Source: a virus
Taxonomy: Duplodnaviria; Caudoviricetes
Length of the DNA stretch: 64,000 nucleotides
Direction: 5' to 3' (one strand)
Virus record (IMG/VR): IMGVR_UViG_3300025141_009413
Span: 494-64,493 of that record
A program made the translations under genes and the position numbers. Below are positions 39,181 to 49,672 of this stretch, in pieces (within the stretch, counting starts at the first letter, position 1; each line of letters begins with the position of its first letter). The notes beneath the pieces are model-generated. The model did no database searches. It was not told the DNA's origin and was given only the letters and a program-made list of their open reading frames with translations.

Positions 39181-39809
39181 AAATAAGTTATGCCATTCCG
39201 GTTTGTACGGAAATAAAAGAAATACAAAATTTGATTAAATATTTATTAAAATGGCGACGTGATGAAGATGAGATTGTTATATTAGTAGATGAAGATAATA
39301 GTACTCAAGAAGTACGAGATTATATAGAACTAGTTGCAGAAGAATGTATCGATCAAAATTTACATAGATATTATCATTCACTTAATAAAGATTTTGCAAC
39401 ACATAAGAATTTCCTAAATAGCAAATGTACAGGAGATTGGATATTTCAGTTAGATGCAGATGAATACCCAGACGAATATTTAATAGGTGCTATACCATGG
39501 GTAATAAACCAAAATCCAGATGTAGAAGCATATTGGGTATCTCGTATTAATACAGTGAAGGGCATTACTGAAGAACATATTCAAAAATGGAATTGGAATG
39601 TCGATGAACGGGGCTGGATTAATTTTCCTGATCCTCAATTGAGGTTATATAAAAATAGTTCAAAAATAAAATGGAAGGGCGAAGTTCATGAACGACTTAC
39701 TGGATATAAAAAATTCGGAAGTATGCCTAGTAATCCAGAATATTGTTTACATCATCCAAAAAGTATAGAACGTCAAGAATCTCAGAACAAATTTTATGAT
39801 ACTATATAA
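39177..39809 (+). CDS. GT2 glycosyltransferase
   Basis: MKISYAIPV, WIFQLDADE, FPDPQLR, VHE. Confidence 0.85.
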   Translation: MKISYAIPVCTEIKEIQNLIKYLLKWRRDEDEIVILVDEDNSTQEVRDYIELVAEECIDQNLHRYYHSLNKDFATHKNFLNSKCTGDWIFQLDADEYPDEYLIGAIPWVINQNPDVEAYWVSRINTVKGITEEHIQKWNWNVDERGWINFPDPQLRLYKNSSKIKWKGEVHERLTGYKKFGSMPSNPEYCLHHPKSIERQESQNKFYDTI

Positions 39810-40852
39810 TGATCAAAATAAAAATACAAAACCCGACTATTGGAAGAAATGAAATTACATTCCGTCCATTTTTACAATTAGCACATTTATTGCGAGATTA
39901 TAGCATAGATATAACAGATTCTGATGACTATGATTTTTTATTTGTTGGAATGCATGATTTTATCGATAAAAAACAATCATTAAATGACAGTATAGAATAT
40001 GGGTTAGAAAATCTTTCGAAAATAACCGGTGATTATTTTTTATTCGATGGTTCTGATTCTACTTCATTAATGGGAGCATATGAAGTATTTGATCAAAGTA
40101 ATGCTATATACTTATTTAAAAATCAAAAATTTAAAGAAAGACATAATTACCTACATTCTACTGCATTTAACAAGTGGTGGTTTGGAATTGATAGCGAACT
40201 CAATTTACATTATGATATCTCAGAAGAGAATTGGAACAAAATAAAACTATCAAATATCAATTGTGGCCGTACTATTTTTGGGACTGGCATAGAACCGGAG
40301 ATTAATAAAATGCCACCTATAGAACAAAATAAGAATATTGATATTTGTGCTATATTTCAAGGAGGCCATCCTGAATGTTATGATCATAAAGTAAGGAATG
40401 ATATTCCATATACAAAACACCGTACTGAGTTATGGGATAAATTAAAACCTATGAAAGGTGAATACAATATCATTTCAAAGAAATTAGATTTCACGACTTA
40501 TATAGAAAAATTACGTCAATCAAAAATTTGTATATCTCCATTTGGAATGGGAGAATTATGTTTTAGAGATTTTGAATCTATGTTGTGTGGCACTATTTTA
40601 TTAAAACCAGATCAGTCAATAATCGAAACATCGCCTGATATGTATGTAGAGGGAGAAACGTATATTGGTTGTAGTGTAATATGGGACGACTTAGAAGAAA
40701 AAATAAATTATATATTTGATAATTTCCATGAACTAAATCAAAAACTTACATATAACATACGACAACGGTACGTACAACAATACACATACGAAAATTTTTG
40801 TAAACACTATTATGATATATTTAGTAACTTAAACAATGTAGTCCATCAATGA
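39809..40852 (+). CDS. GT-B-type glycosyltransferase (exostosin/CgeB-like C-terminus)
   Basis: SKICISPFGMGELCFRDFESMLCG. Confidence 0.65.
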   Translation: MIKIKIQNPTIGRNEITFRPFLQLAHLLRDYSIDITDSDDYDFLFVGMHDFIDKKQSLNDSIEYGLENLSKITGDYFLFDGSDSTSLMGAYEVFDQSNAIYLFKNQKFKERHNYLHSTAFNKWWFGIDSELNLHYDISEENWNKIKLSNINCGRTIFGTGIEPEINKMPPIEQNKNIDICAIFQGGHPECYDHKVRNDIPYTKHRTELWDKLKPMKGEYNIISKKLDFTTYIEKLRQSKICISPFGMGELCFRDFESMLCGTILLKPDQSIIETSPDMYVEGETYIGCSVIWDDLEEKINYIFDNFHELNQKLTYNIRQRYVQQYTYENFCKHYYDIFSNLNNVVHQ

Positions 40853-41601
40853 AAAAATATTCAATACTTTCAGTAGCAAATAAACAATATACTAAATTTG
40901 CATATGTCTTCATTCAAAGTGCAATAAAGCATTTAAACTTAGACAATGTACATGAGATATGTATTTTAGAAACAGGAATGGATTCTGCCGATATTAGTTA
41001 TTTAACTAATCTTCATCCAAAAATTAAATTTATTAATGGAGCAGAAGTCTCGTCTAGCAAAGCATGGGATGATGGCTGGCAAGAAAATGTATTACTTAAA
41101 ACTAACTTTGCAAAAGAATATATATCTAATAAAAGTATACCAGCTTGTATGATAGATATTGACTGTATGTTTGTACAAGATATTTCTAGTATAATTACTG
41201 CAGATAAACATGATGGTATTGTCTTATGTGATAGGTCTGAAATTTGGGGCGGCATGCCATACATAGCTTCTTTTGTAGGTTTTGTGAATATAGAACAATC
41301 TTTGAATTTTATTAATGATTGGATATTATGTATAGACAATATCAAAGGATTCCGGACTAAAGAAACACCAGCATTAAATGAAATTATACGATCAGCATCA
41401 GAAAAATATGATTTTTATGCGGCTAGCCATGATATAGTAGGGCTGTATGTAAAAGATAAATTCAATTCTAATTCTTGTATATTACATTTTAAGGGTGGAG
41501 GAGATTCTGAAAATATACCAATGGATGAAGCGGTGCAAGTAAGATTTAAGAGGTTTCCACAATTTGAAAATGAAATTAATGAATATTTAGAAAATGTGTA
41601 G
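40849..41601 (+). CDS. GT-A nucleotide-diphospho-sugar transferase
   Basis: DxD motif (MIDIDCMF) and C-terminal ILHFKG. Confidence 0.6.
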   Translation: MKKYSILSVANKQYTKFAYVFIQSAIKHLNLDNVHEICILETGMDSADISYLTNLHPKIKFINGAEVSSSKAWDDGWQENVLLKTNFAKEYISNKSIPACMIDIDCMFVQDISSIITADKHDGIVLCDRSEIWGGMPYIASFVGFVNIEQSLNFINDWILCIDNIKGFRTKETPALNEIIRSASEKYDFYAASHDIVGLYVKDKFNSNSCILHFKGGGDSENIPMDEAVQVRFKRFPQFENEINEYLENV

Positions 41602-42910
41602 TATTTTATTTACAAATAAAGAAGTTAATAAAGCAAATAAGCTGCTAGAAAGGCGCGGACCGGATGCCACATCGCTAGTAACTAAATATGGCTATACATT
41701 TTTACATACCTTATTAAGTCTAACCGGAGAATACACTACACAGCCTATAGAAGAAGATGGCATAATATTATTATTCAATGGAGAAATTTATAATTTTAAA
41801 GATATAGATAATAATGCTAAGTCAGATTCTTATAGTATAATATCATCATATAAAAAACATGGCACTGAATTCGTAAAATATTTAAATGGAGAATTTGCTA
41901 TTGTTTTAGTAGATATTAAAAACCAGTTAATTGTATTTTCGTCTGATGTATTTAAAACTAAGCCATTGTTTTATTCTATAGAAGAATCATTTATAGGAAT
42001 ATCAACTTTTGAATCTCCTTTGCGGAATTTGAAGTTTTCTGACATACATAGAGTGCGTCCTAATACATGTTATACTATACACTTGGAACTAGGTTATATC
42101 GAACAGTATGCTATCAAAGACTTTAATTTAGACCAACATAAAACAACTTATGATGATTGGATTAATGCCTTTGACCGGTCCATTAAGAAACGAGCAACAC
42201 AATCTGATCTTAACAAAATGTTTATTGGATTATCATCCGGATATGATAGTGGAGCAATAGCATGTGCTCTTAACAAGTTAGATGTCGATAATAAATGTTA
42301 TAGTATATATGCTTCAGAGAATGAAGATGTTATTAATGAACGAGTTAAGTTATTAAAGAATATAGAAACAATACGATTATCACATGGAGATTTTTCAACA
42401 TGGAGAGATTATGTAAATAAAAATTGTGAATCATTTATCAGTGAACAATATAATGGTTATGATATAAAAAATGATAAAGCATCAGTTGGGTTATCGTATA
42501 TTTGTGATAAGGCAATTAAAGAAGGACGTAAAATATATTTATCTGGTCAAGGTGCTGATGAAATATTTTCTGATTATGGAATGTTCGGAACAAAAATAAT
42601 GGGAGATCAACAAAGTACCTTCGGGGGAATATATCCAAAAGATTTAGCTCCGTACTTTCCATGGAAAAATTTTTATGATGGTACGATGGAAATGTATATT
42701 GCAAAAGAAGAATATATTGCTGGGAGTTTCGGAATAGAGACTAGATATCCATTCCTAGATGTTGATGTAGTTCAAGAGTTCTTATGGTTGACTCCAGAAC
42801 TAAAAAATAAATCATATAAATCAGTTGTATATGAATATCTAGTTCATAATAATTTTCCAATTGATATTAATAAAAAAATAGGATTTCAGGCAAATAGAAA
42901 TCTAATTTGA
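41594..42910 (+). CDS. asnB: Asparagine synthetase-like glutamine amidotransferase
   Basis: N-terminal Cys (MCSI), RRGPD, FNGEIYN, LSSGYDSG, SGQGADEI, ETRYPFLD. Confidence 0.85.
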   Translation: MCSILFTNKEVNKANKLLERRGPDATSLVTKYGYTFLHTLLSLTGEYTTQPIEEDGIILLFNGEIYNFKDIDNNAKSDSYSIISSYKKHGTEFVKYLNGEFAIVLVDIKNQLIVFSSDVFKTKPLFYSIEESFIGISTFESPLRNLKFSDIHRVRPNTCYTIHLELGYIEQYAIKDFNLDQHKTTYDDWINAFDRSIKKRATQSDLNKMFIGLSSGYDSGAIACALNKLDVDNKCYSIYASENEDVINERVKLLKNIETIRLSHGDFSTWRDYVNKNCESFISEQYNGYDIKNDKASVGLSYICDKAIKEGRKIYLSGQGADEIFSDYGMFGTKIMGDQQSTFGGIYPKDLAPYFPWKNFYDGTMEMYIAKEEYIAGSFGIETRYPFLDVDVVQEFLWLTPELKNKSYKSVVYEYLVHNNFPIDINKKIGFQANRNLI

Positions 42911-42942
42911 TTAGGATATTTGAAAAAAATTTTATATATTAA
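42911..42942 (+). promoter_or_regulatory. Class E promoter copy
   Basis: ttaggatatttgaaaaaaattttatatattaa. Confidence 0.6.
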
Positions 42943-42959
42943 TAATAAGTAAAGAAATT

Positions 42960-43604
42960 ATGAAAAAAAACAATTTAAAAGGAAAATCATCACATGAGAT
43001 AGAAAAAATAAAGTATCTAGATGCTTTCAAACACGGCACTAGTGCCAATAGTCAATATGGCGAAGGAAATCAAGGACAAACTGCGCAAGATTTTTTTGAA
43101 GGTCGAAATGTAAAATCACTTCTTGATGTAGGTGCAGGACAAGGAAATTTTGTAAATAATTTAGCCACTCTATATGAAAGTTTAGAAAAAATATATGCAT
43201 TAGATATAGCATCAGTATCAGCAGGAGTAAATATTAAGAATGAAAAAATTACGTGGATAGAAGCATATTCACATGATATACCACTTGAAGATAATAAAGT
43301 TGAATGGGTCACTTCAATGGATTGTTTAGAACATATCCTACCAGAAGATATGCAAACTACATGTAATGAATTTTATAGAGTATGTAGTGTAGGTGCTTTA
43401 GTTAAAATTGCATTTCGAGATTGTCAAGAACGATCACAGCTATATTCAGTACTGCCATCAGGCCATAAATCATTACATTTATCAATATTTACTAAAGAGA
43501 CTTGGATAGAACATTTTATGGCCGCTGGATTTAAAAAGCATGAAATGTATAAAGAAAATCCAGGACATCCGCGAGAAGATAATTATTTAATTTTTTATAA
43601 GTAA
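42960..43604 (+). CDS. Class I SAM-dependent methyltransferase
   Basis: LLDVGAGQG, DCLEHI. Confidence 0.8.
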   Translation: MKKNNLKGKSSHEIEKIKYLDAFKHGTSANSQYGEGNQGQTAQDFFEGRNVKSLLDVGAGQGNFVNNLATLYESLEKIYALDIASVSAGVNIKNEKITWIEAYSHDIPLEDNKVEWVTSMDCLEHILPEDMQTTCNEFYRVCSVGALVKIAFRDCQERSQLYSVLPSGHKSLHLSIFTKETWIEHFMAAGFKKHEMYKENPGHPREDNYLIFYK

Positions 43605-43630
43605 TATAGAATTTAATGCAAACTGGTAGT

Positions 43631-44431
43631 ATGAAAAAACATGTATTATTTTGGGTTGGTATAAAAAGTGAGAATACACATTTACGTGAAAAACACGGAA
43701 ATTTTAAATACCTAGACATTTCTAAACAATGTTGGGAATGGTGGTGTAAACAGAATGACGTTATATTCTTTCCATATGAAAAAGCAAATGAGCCTGATAC
43801 AAATGCACATAAAGCAACTTGGCAGAGATGGTTTGATGTATTTGATCAAATAGAAAGTGCTAATATTGATTATGATAAAATTGCTGTTATTGATGGCAGT
43901 ACGTTAGTACGATGGGACACTCCTAATTTCTTTGAATTAGCAAAAGGACAAGTAACTGCATTTAGATCTTTAGAAAATTTAAGATGGATAACAGAGAGTG
44001 TAGATGGATATAATGATTTTTTTAATAACTTTGATTTTGATCTAAAAAAATATATTAGTTGCGGCTTCCAGATATTTGATAAAAGTCATAAAGAATTTTT
44101 ACAAGAGTTAAGATCATTTTATTATGACAATTATGATTCCATTATGGACTTACAGAATAATAAAGTAGGTAAAGGTACAGACCAGCCAGTATATAATTAT
44201 CTATTACAGATGAAAGGAGTAGATGTTAATACAACATTGCCACCGAATTTTATGTTGACTCATTTGTATAGGTTTGATTGGTTCTCTCATAATTGGCAAT
44301 TAAATATTGATAAAACACCGTTCTTCCTTAAATATGGATTCATATACTTTTTTAGTGGATTTCCTAATAGAGGTGATAGGTATAATCTAATGGATCAGAT
44401 TTGGAATGCAATAAAGGGTCAATACAAATGA
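43631..44431 (+). CDS. GT-A glycosyltransferase (GT8/GT34-like), paralog A
   Basis: TWQRW, VIDGST, TDQPVYNY; similar to the next gene. Confidence 0.65.
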   Translation: MKKHVLFWVGIKSENTHLREKHGNFKYLDISKQCWEWWCKQNDVIFFPYEKANEPDTNAHKATWQRWFDVFDQIESANIDYDKIAVIDGSTLVRWDTPNFFELAKGQVTAFRSLENLRWITESVDGYNDFFNNFDFDLKKYISCGFQIFDKSHKEFLQELRSFYYDNYDSIMDLQNNKVGKGTDQPVYNYLLQMKGVDVNTTLPPNFMLTHLYRFDWFSHNWQLNIDKTPFFLKYGFIYFFSGFPNRGDRYNLMDQIWNAIKGQYK

Positions 44432-45171
44432 AAAATATAGTTTTTATACCAACAGTAAAAGGGACAGACCCTAAACGATTAGCAGAAGTTGCATATGACT
44501 TATCAATAAAGAGTTGGGCAAAGTGGTGTGAGAAAAATGATTGTGAATTATTCGTAATGAGTGATTTGGTTCATGATTATGAAGAAATGAAAATTACATG
44601 GCAACGGTATTATGTATTAGAATTTTTAGAGAATGAGGATATTGAATACGATCAGGTATTAATGGTTGATGCTGATACAATTGTACATCCGGATTGTCCA
44701 AACTTTTTTGAAATGACAGAACATAAATACTGTGGTGTGCATAATATTGGCAGTTATGATTGGGTAATACGTAGTATAGAAAATTATAGTCATTATATGT
44801 TTAATAATAAATCATTTCCATATTATGAATATATCAACGGTGGATTTCAAATCATGAATAAAAGTCATAAAGAATTCTTAAGGGCTGTTGTAAAATTTTA
44901 TTGGGATAATAAAGATTCATTATTAACATTACAAAATAAAATATATTGTGGTACAGATCAAACTCCTATCAATTTCTTAATAAGAGAATATAATATTGAT
45001 TTAAAAATATTACCATATGAATTTAATATGCAAGACATGATGAGATTTGAAGTATTAGGAGAAGATTTATTATATACAAGACACGGATGGGTATATCATT
45101 TCAATGGTGGAGTAAAACCACATCCCAGGGCATGGATGGAACATACATATAAGGCACTTTATGAAAATTGA
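44428..45171 (+). CDS. GT-A glycosyltransferase (GT8/GT34-like), paralog B
   Basis: TWQRY, MVDADT, YINGG, TDQTPINF, VYHF. Confidence 0.75.
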   Translation: MKNIVFIPTVKGTDPKRLAEVAYDLSIKSWAKWCEKNDCELFVMSDLVHDYEEMKITWQRYYVLEFLENEDIEYDQVLMVDADTIVHPDCPNFFEMTEHKYCGVHNIGSYDWVIRSIENYSHYMFNNKSFPYYEYINGGFQIMNKSHKEFLRAVVKFYWDNKDSLLTLQNKIYCGTDQTPINFLIREYNIDLKILPYEFNMQDMMRFEVLGEDLLYTRHGWVYHFNGGVKPHPRAWMEHTYKALYEN

Positions 45172-46174
45172 GAACAAATATATAATTGGTACACATATCA
45201 TGTTTTTTGAAATAGATATGATCGGGGAACAAACACAGAGTCTAATTAATGCAATCAATACTGTTACCAATAAAGAAAATATAACTATAGATTATTATTT
45301 TAATATGTCTGAATATTTTGAGAAAATTGATAAATCTCAAATATCTAAAGATAAATTAAAACAATTGTTTATGAAAGAAATTGTTAAGCTAGACCAATCA
45401 GGGTGTAATGTGACATATACGATTTATGAAGATAATGAACCTATTACCATGGTAGATTATCGACGTGATTTAAATTACCATGGATGTACTAAATATGATT
45501 ATGTCATATGGGGAGAATCAGATATGTTAGTCCCAAAAGAAATGTTCCTTGCATTAGAACAAATTAAGGAGTATGCAAATTCGCAAAATATACATAAATT
45601 CGTTACTACCTTTGGGATAAGAAAGATGTGGGATAACCATTGGAAAGATTTAGAACACCCGGATTTTACAGATGCGCCATATTATGAAGATGAAAGAGCT
45701 TTTCAATATCCACATAGTATCAGATATACAATGTCAATCGACGAAATGAATGAGGTGAATGCAAAATCTGAGTCTTTTGATATTCGTATTTTAAAGCAAC
45801 CTAAATTCGATGGTTCATGTTTAGTACTATCAGGAGATTTATTAAAGAATGGCGTTAATATACCACATTGTATGATAGGACATTTACATGAAGACACTAG
45901 TATGATGCATTCGGCATATAGAATTATGGGAGAAAATTATATTCAATTTGTTGTAAAAAATATATTAAAAGTACATAATAGAAATCATCCATTGAAAAGA
46001 CATTATGCATTAGAAATGGATAGCAATGATAAATTATCAGATTTTTCTAAAGGTGGCAAAAAAGGAAAATGGTTTGATAGGATGAGAACATTAGTAGATT
46101 TTAATATAGCAAATTTTAATAATAGTCAGGCTCGTTTTAATACATATAAAGATTTTGAAAATATAAAGGATTGA
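45161..46174 (+). CDS. Putative GT-A glycosyltransferase
   Basis: YVIWGESDM, HEDTS; glycan-island context. Confidence 0.5.
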   Translation: MKIENKYIIGTHIMFFEIDMIGEQTQSLINAINTVTNKENITIDYYFNMSEYFEKIDKSQISKDKLKQLFMKEIVKLDQSGCNVTYTIYEDNEPITMVDYRRDLNYHGCTKYDYVIWGESDMLVPKEMFLALEQIKEYANSQNIHKFVTTFGIRKMWDNHWKDLEHPDFTDAPYYEDERAFQYPHSIRYTMSIDEMNEVNAKSESFDIRILKQPKFDGSCLVLSGDLLKNGVNIPHCMIGHLHEDTSMMHSAYRIMGENYIQFVVKNILKVHNRNHPLKRHYALEMDSNDKLSDFSKGGKKGKWFDRMRTLVDFNIANFNNSQARFNTYKDFENIKD

Positions 46175-46175
46175 C

Positions 46176-47111
46176 ATGAAAGTAGTTGTTTTCCATTTAC
46201 CATTCCCGATGGGTAATTATAAACTTAATGAAGTGTTGGCAAATACATTACAAGCTGATGGACATGAAGTTTATTTATTACAACAATTAAATGGACATCC
46301 ATATGATGAAGACTATTATCAACAGATAAAGGCATTAGATCCAGACGTATTATATTTTGAAATGTTAGATCAAGGAACATTTGATGTAGTAGAAAAATTT
46401 GATTGTAAGAAGATATTAAATATAATGGGCACTGGCATTCTAAAAGACAATTTTAAGAATGATATTAAAAAATATAAAGATAAATGGTATACACATATCT
46501 TAACAAATTCACAGTCAGTATATGATTTATTAAAAGATGATGTGGAAGGTATTGAGTTCTTTAAATATTATTTTTGTGCAATCTCAGACGAAGAACTAGT
46601 TCATAATCCTAATTATGCTCATGAGTGTACATTTTTAGGGCAAGGACATCATAGACTACAGATGCCAGAATTTAAAAAAGAATTAGACATATATTTTAAG
46701 CCTCAGCATTTATTTGATTTTAAAGTATATGGTTCCGGTTGGCCACAGCAATTGCCATGGTATAAAGGATTATTGGCACCAAATGATATAGGGTCATTAT
46801 ATACATCCGTCAAAAGTGCAATATCAGTTATTGAACCAGAACAATATCGTAATGGAATGATTAATAACAGATATGTTGAATTAGGATTTTGTAAAACACC
46901 TATTATAACATTTCAATATCCTAATATAGATTGGTTTGGTGCAGAAGAGTATTTAAACATTATTGATACTCCAGAAGATTTTATTAATGTAGTGAATAGA
47001 TGTATAAATGAAGATGATAAGATACTTAATAAGACAGAGCAAATGCGTAAATTTATTGAAAATCAACATAAAATTTATTTTGAAAAACTTAATAGATTAT
47101 TAGGACTTTAG
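46176..47111 (+). CDS. CgeB-like glycosyltransferase
   Basis: FLG, KVYGSGW, INNRYVEL. Confidence 0.6.
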   Translation: MKVVVFHLPFPMGNYKLNEVLANTLQADGHEVYLLQQLNGHPYDEDYYQQIKALDPDVLYFEMLDQGTFDVVEKFDCKKILNIMGTGILKDNFKNDIKKYKDKWYTHILTNSQSVYDLLKDDVEGIEFFKYYFCAISDEELVHNPNYAHECTFLGQGHHRLQMPEFKKELDIYFKPQHLFDFKVYGSGWPQQLPWYKGLLAPNDIGSLYTSVKSAISVIEPEQYRNGMINNRYVELGFCKTPIITFQYPNIDWFGAEEYLNIIDTPEDFINVVNRCINEDDKILNKTEQMRKFIENQHKIYFEKLNRLLGL

Positions 47112-47131
47112 CAAAAAATTTATTATATTAT
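47100..47131 (+). promoter_or_regulatory. Class E promoter copy (likely leaderless)
   Basis: ttaggactttagcaaaaaatttattatattat; ATG at 47135. Confidence 0.6.
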
Positions 47132-47134
47132 AAT

Positions 47135-48043
47135 ATGAAAAATTTTGATAATAAATTAATAGTGATCATGGAAGGAAAGGTCGGAAATTCTTTTGGCTGT
47201 TTATTCTATGCACATAAATTAGCAAAAGATGCAGGTAAAGACTTTGTTATTAATTCTGTAAAGAACGTGAACCGACAAGCAGCTTTTTATGATTTATTTA
47301 GCGATAGTAATGGGTTTGAACATATAGAATATTCCATTACAGAATTAAATAAAATCATACCTAAAGATGTTCCGTTTTTGTTACATAAATCACATTACGT
47401 AGATTCAGGTGCTATCAAAGATAGAGAGGTAATATACCACAGGAACATGAGTAATGAAAAATTATTAGAACTCGTTAAGACTAAAAATAGCGTTTGTTAT
47501 TTAGATGATGCATCGTCTCATAGTATGGCTAATCCAGGCTTTATGGTCGAGACAGCACATGACCTACAGATTCATAAAAAGGTATTAGATGGAGTAAATA
47601 ATTTTTGTAAGGAAAATAATATTAATAATGCAGTTAAAGGAATACACATACGGGCCACAGATTGGCCATGGAAACAAGACTGCATAAATAGTGCGTATTC
47701 GACAATACAGAACCTAGTTGATAAAAATCCAAGTGAAAAAATATTTGTATGTTGTGATGAAGAATATATAGAAAATGATTTAATAACAAAGTTACCAGAA
47801 AATATAATTATACATCGCAAAGATAGTTGTGTAAAAAAAGTTGTTGAAGGGAGTTGGAGAGAAAAGATTGATGCCGGCGACGGTAGAACACAAGATTATA
47901 ATACTTTTCATGATGTCGACCAATGTGTTGATGCATTTATTGATATGTTGATATTATCTAGAACTGATATTAAATATAGGCACCAACATAGTTCATTCTC
48001 TTGGTTCTCTGAAATTTATTCAAATATATTAGAATTAAATTAA
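47135..48043 (+). CDS. Fucosyltransferase-like (GT11/GT23/NodZ motif) glycosyltransferase
   Basis: GKVGN, GIHIRATD, FVCCD, DMLILS...SSFS. Confidence 0.7.
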   Translation: MKNFDNKLIVIMEGKVGNSFGCLFYAHKLAKDAGKDFVINSVKNVNRQAAFYDLFSDSNGFEHIEYSITELNKIIPKDVPFLLHKSHYVDSGAIKDREVIYHRNMSNEKLLELVKTKNSVCYLDDASSHSMANPGFMVETAHDLQIHKKVLDGVNNFCKENNINNAVKGIHIRATDWPWKQDCINSAYSTIQNLVDKNPSEKIFVCCDEEYIENDLITKLPENIIIHRKDSCVKKVVEGSWREKIDAGDGRTQDYNTFHDVDQCVDAFIDMLILSRTDIKYRHQHSSFSWFSEIYSNILELN

Positions 48044-48717
48044 TGAAAATAGTAATTGCAATAGATGATATTCATCCAGAAAAAGATTGGGGACTTGAAG
48101 GCGATAAATGTATGCAATATTTACATGCTTTGAATGCAGAATTTGGAGCTAAGTTTACGTTATTTATTCCTTCCAACTACCATGATAAATATCCTATATC
48201 AAAACATAAAGATTGGATTAGATGGCTAACGTCGATTGAATATTTTGAATTAGCAGCTCATGGACATTATCATATGTGTGAACGCGATGATATTGGAGAA
48301 TGTGAATTTTTTGAATTAGATACTGAAGATAAAGTTAAGTTGAGAATACAGCAGATGATGCAAGAATGGAAAAGTGTAGACCATATACCAACCGGTTGGC
48401 GTAATCCTGGTTGGTTAGCACATCCAACAGCAGCACATTTTTTAGGACAGACATTTCATTACGCGGCAGTACATTATGAACATAATCAAAACATTCCATG
48501 GAAATGTAAAACATTTTTTGGACATGATGGTATTCATGAATCGAATATATCTTTACATGACGGAAATGTAATGTTTCAGTCACATATTGCTGGTGATTGG
48601 AATGATAATGTATGGGACGATGATAATTATGAGCAGTTAAGAAGTTCATTATCATATTTATTAAAAAGTTATGATGCAACATGTTGCACAATTAATGAAT
48701 TGTTATGGAAAGAATAA
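48043..48717 (+). CDS. Polysaccharide deacetylase (NodB/DUF2334-like)
   Basis: IAIDDI, TLFIP, ELAAHGHYH, GWRNPGW. Confidence 0.75.
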   Translation: MKIVIAIDDIHPEKDWGLEGDKCMQYLHALNAEFGAKFTLFIPSNYHDKYPISKHKDWIRWLTSIEYFELAAHGHYHMCERDDIGECEFFELDTEDKVKLRIQQMMQEWKSVDHIPTGWRNPGWLAHPTAAHFLGQTFHYAAVHYEHNQNIPWKCKTFFGHDGIHESNISLHDGNVMFQSHIAGDWNDNVWDDDNYEQLRSSLSYLLKSYDATCCTINELLWKE

Positions 48718-49670
48718 AAGATAAATTTAGTTTTGTCATGCCGATGGTAATAAATCATCGTACAACAGAAGATAATGATTTAGAACGTATAGTAAAAATA
48801 CAATTACCTACATTCCGTAAGTTTTTAAAATTAAACGACTTGCATAAGTTTTATATCATTACACGTAAACAAGATATTGATATAATTAAAAATACATTAA
48901 TAAAAGAATTTCCAGAATTCCCGTTTGTGTTTATAGATGAATTAGAACTAGTTCCAGAATTAAAAACATTTCCATTACATCAGGTTACAGTACACCCTGG
49001 GTGGATTATACAACAATTAGTAAAATTTGAAATAGCAAAACAAATAGAAACAGAATATTATTTTTCTTTTGAAACAGATATGTTTCTTACAAAGTCATTT
49101 TCTTATAAGGATATATTTAATGACGGAAAAATAATTTGTTCTCATTTAACTGAAATGGGTAAGCCAACATGTGAGCCATGGTATATGTATGCAGCTGCTT
49201 TAATAGCTCCAGGAATTGAAGAGTTTGTTGTTGATAAAGATTGTGATAATAAAATAGAAGATGGCACATTGTATATAAATAAGATAATGGCAGTTTCACC
49301 TCAGATTTTTATTACTGAAGAAATGTTGAATTTAATAAAACATTTAGAGGAAACACATAATATGAATTATTTATCTTTATTGTTGAGAACAACAAATGGT
49401 CATCCAAATACATGGACTGAATATACATTGTATTGGATTTGGTTATTTGTACAAAATAAAATGGATTTGTATTCATTTGAGGCTCCATTTATCAGTAGTG
49501 GAGAGTTATGGACATCAAATTATAAACAAGGATTTGATAAAAAATATTTCGGAGAATTTGATTCTCATGTAATGAAAAATAAAAAACATTATTTTAATGT
49601 CGTACAAAGTAATATTTTGGACATTAAATTAGATTATGTAGTTAATAAATTAAAACCATATTTGGAGTAG
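48705..49670 (+). CDS. GT-A-like protein (DUF6492-like)
   Basis: DELELVP, GWIIQQLVK, FETDMF, WTEYTLY, VVQS. Confidence 0.55.
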   Translation: MERIKDKFSFVMPMVINHRTTEDNDLERIVKIQLPTFRKFLKLNDLHKFYIITRKQDIDIIKNTLIKEFPEFPFVFIDELELVPELKTFPLHQVTVHPGWIIQQLVKFEIAKQIETEYYFSFETDMFLTKSFSYKDIFNDGKIICSHLTEMGKPTCEPWYMYAAALIAPGIEEFVVDKDCDNKIEDGTLYINKIMAVSPQIFITEEMLNLIKHLEETHNMNYLSLLLRTTNGHPNTWTEYTLYWIWLFVQNKMDLYSFEAPFISSGELWTSNYKQGFDKKYFGEFDSHVMKNKKHYFNVVQSNILDIKLDYVVNKLKPYLE

Positions 49671-49672
49671 TT

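Noticed and set aside
41594-42910. AsnB-like protein as the missing QueC/Gat-QueC
   Set aside because: It has an asparagine-synthetase architecture without the QueC Zn motif and lies inside the glycan island, so sugar amidation is more likely (not fully excluded).
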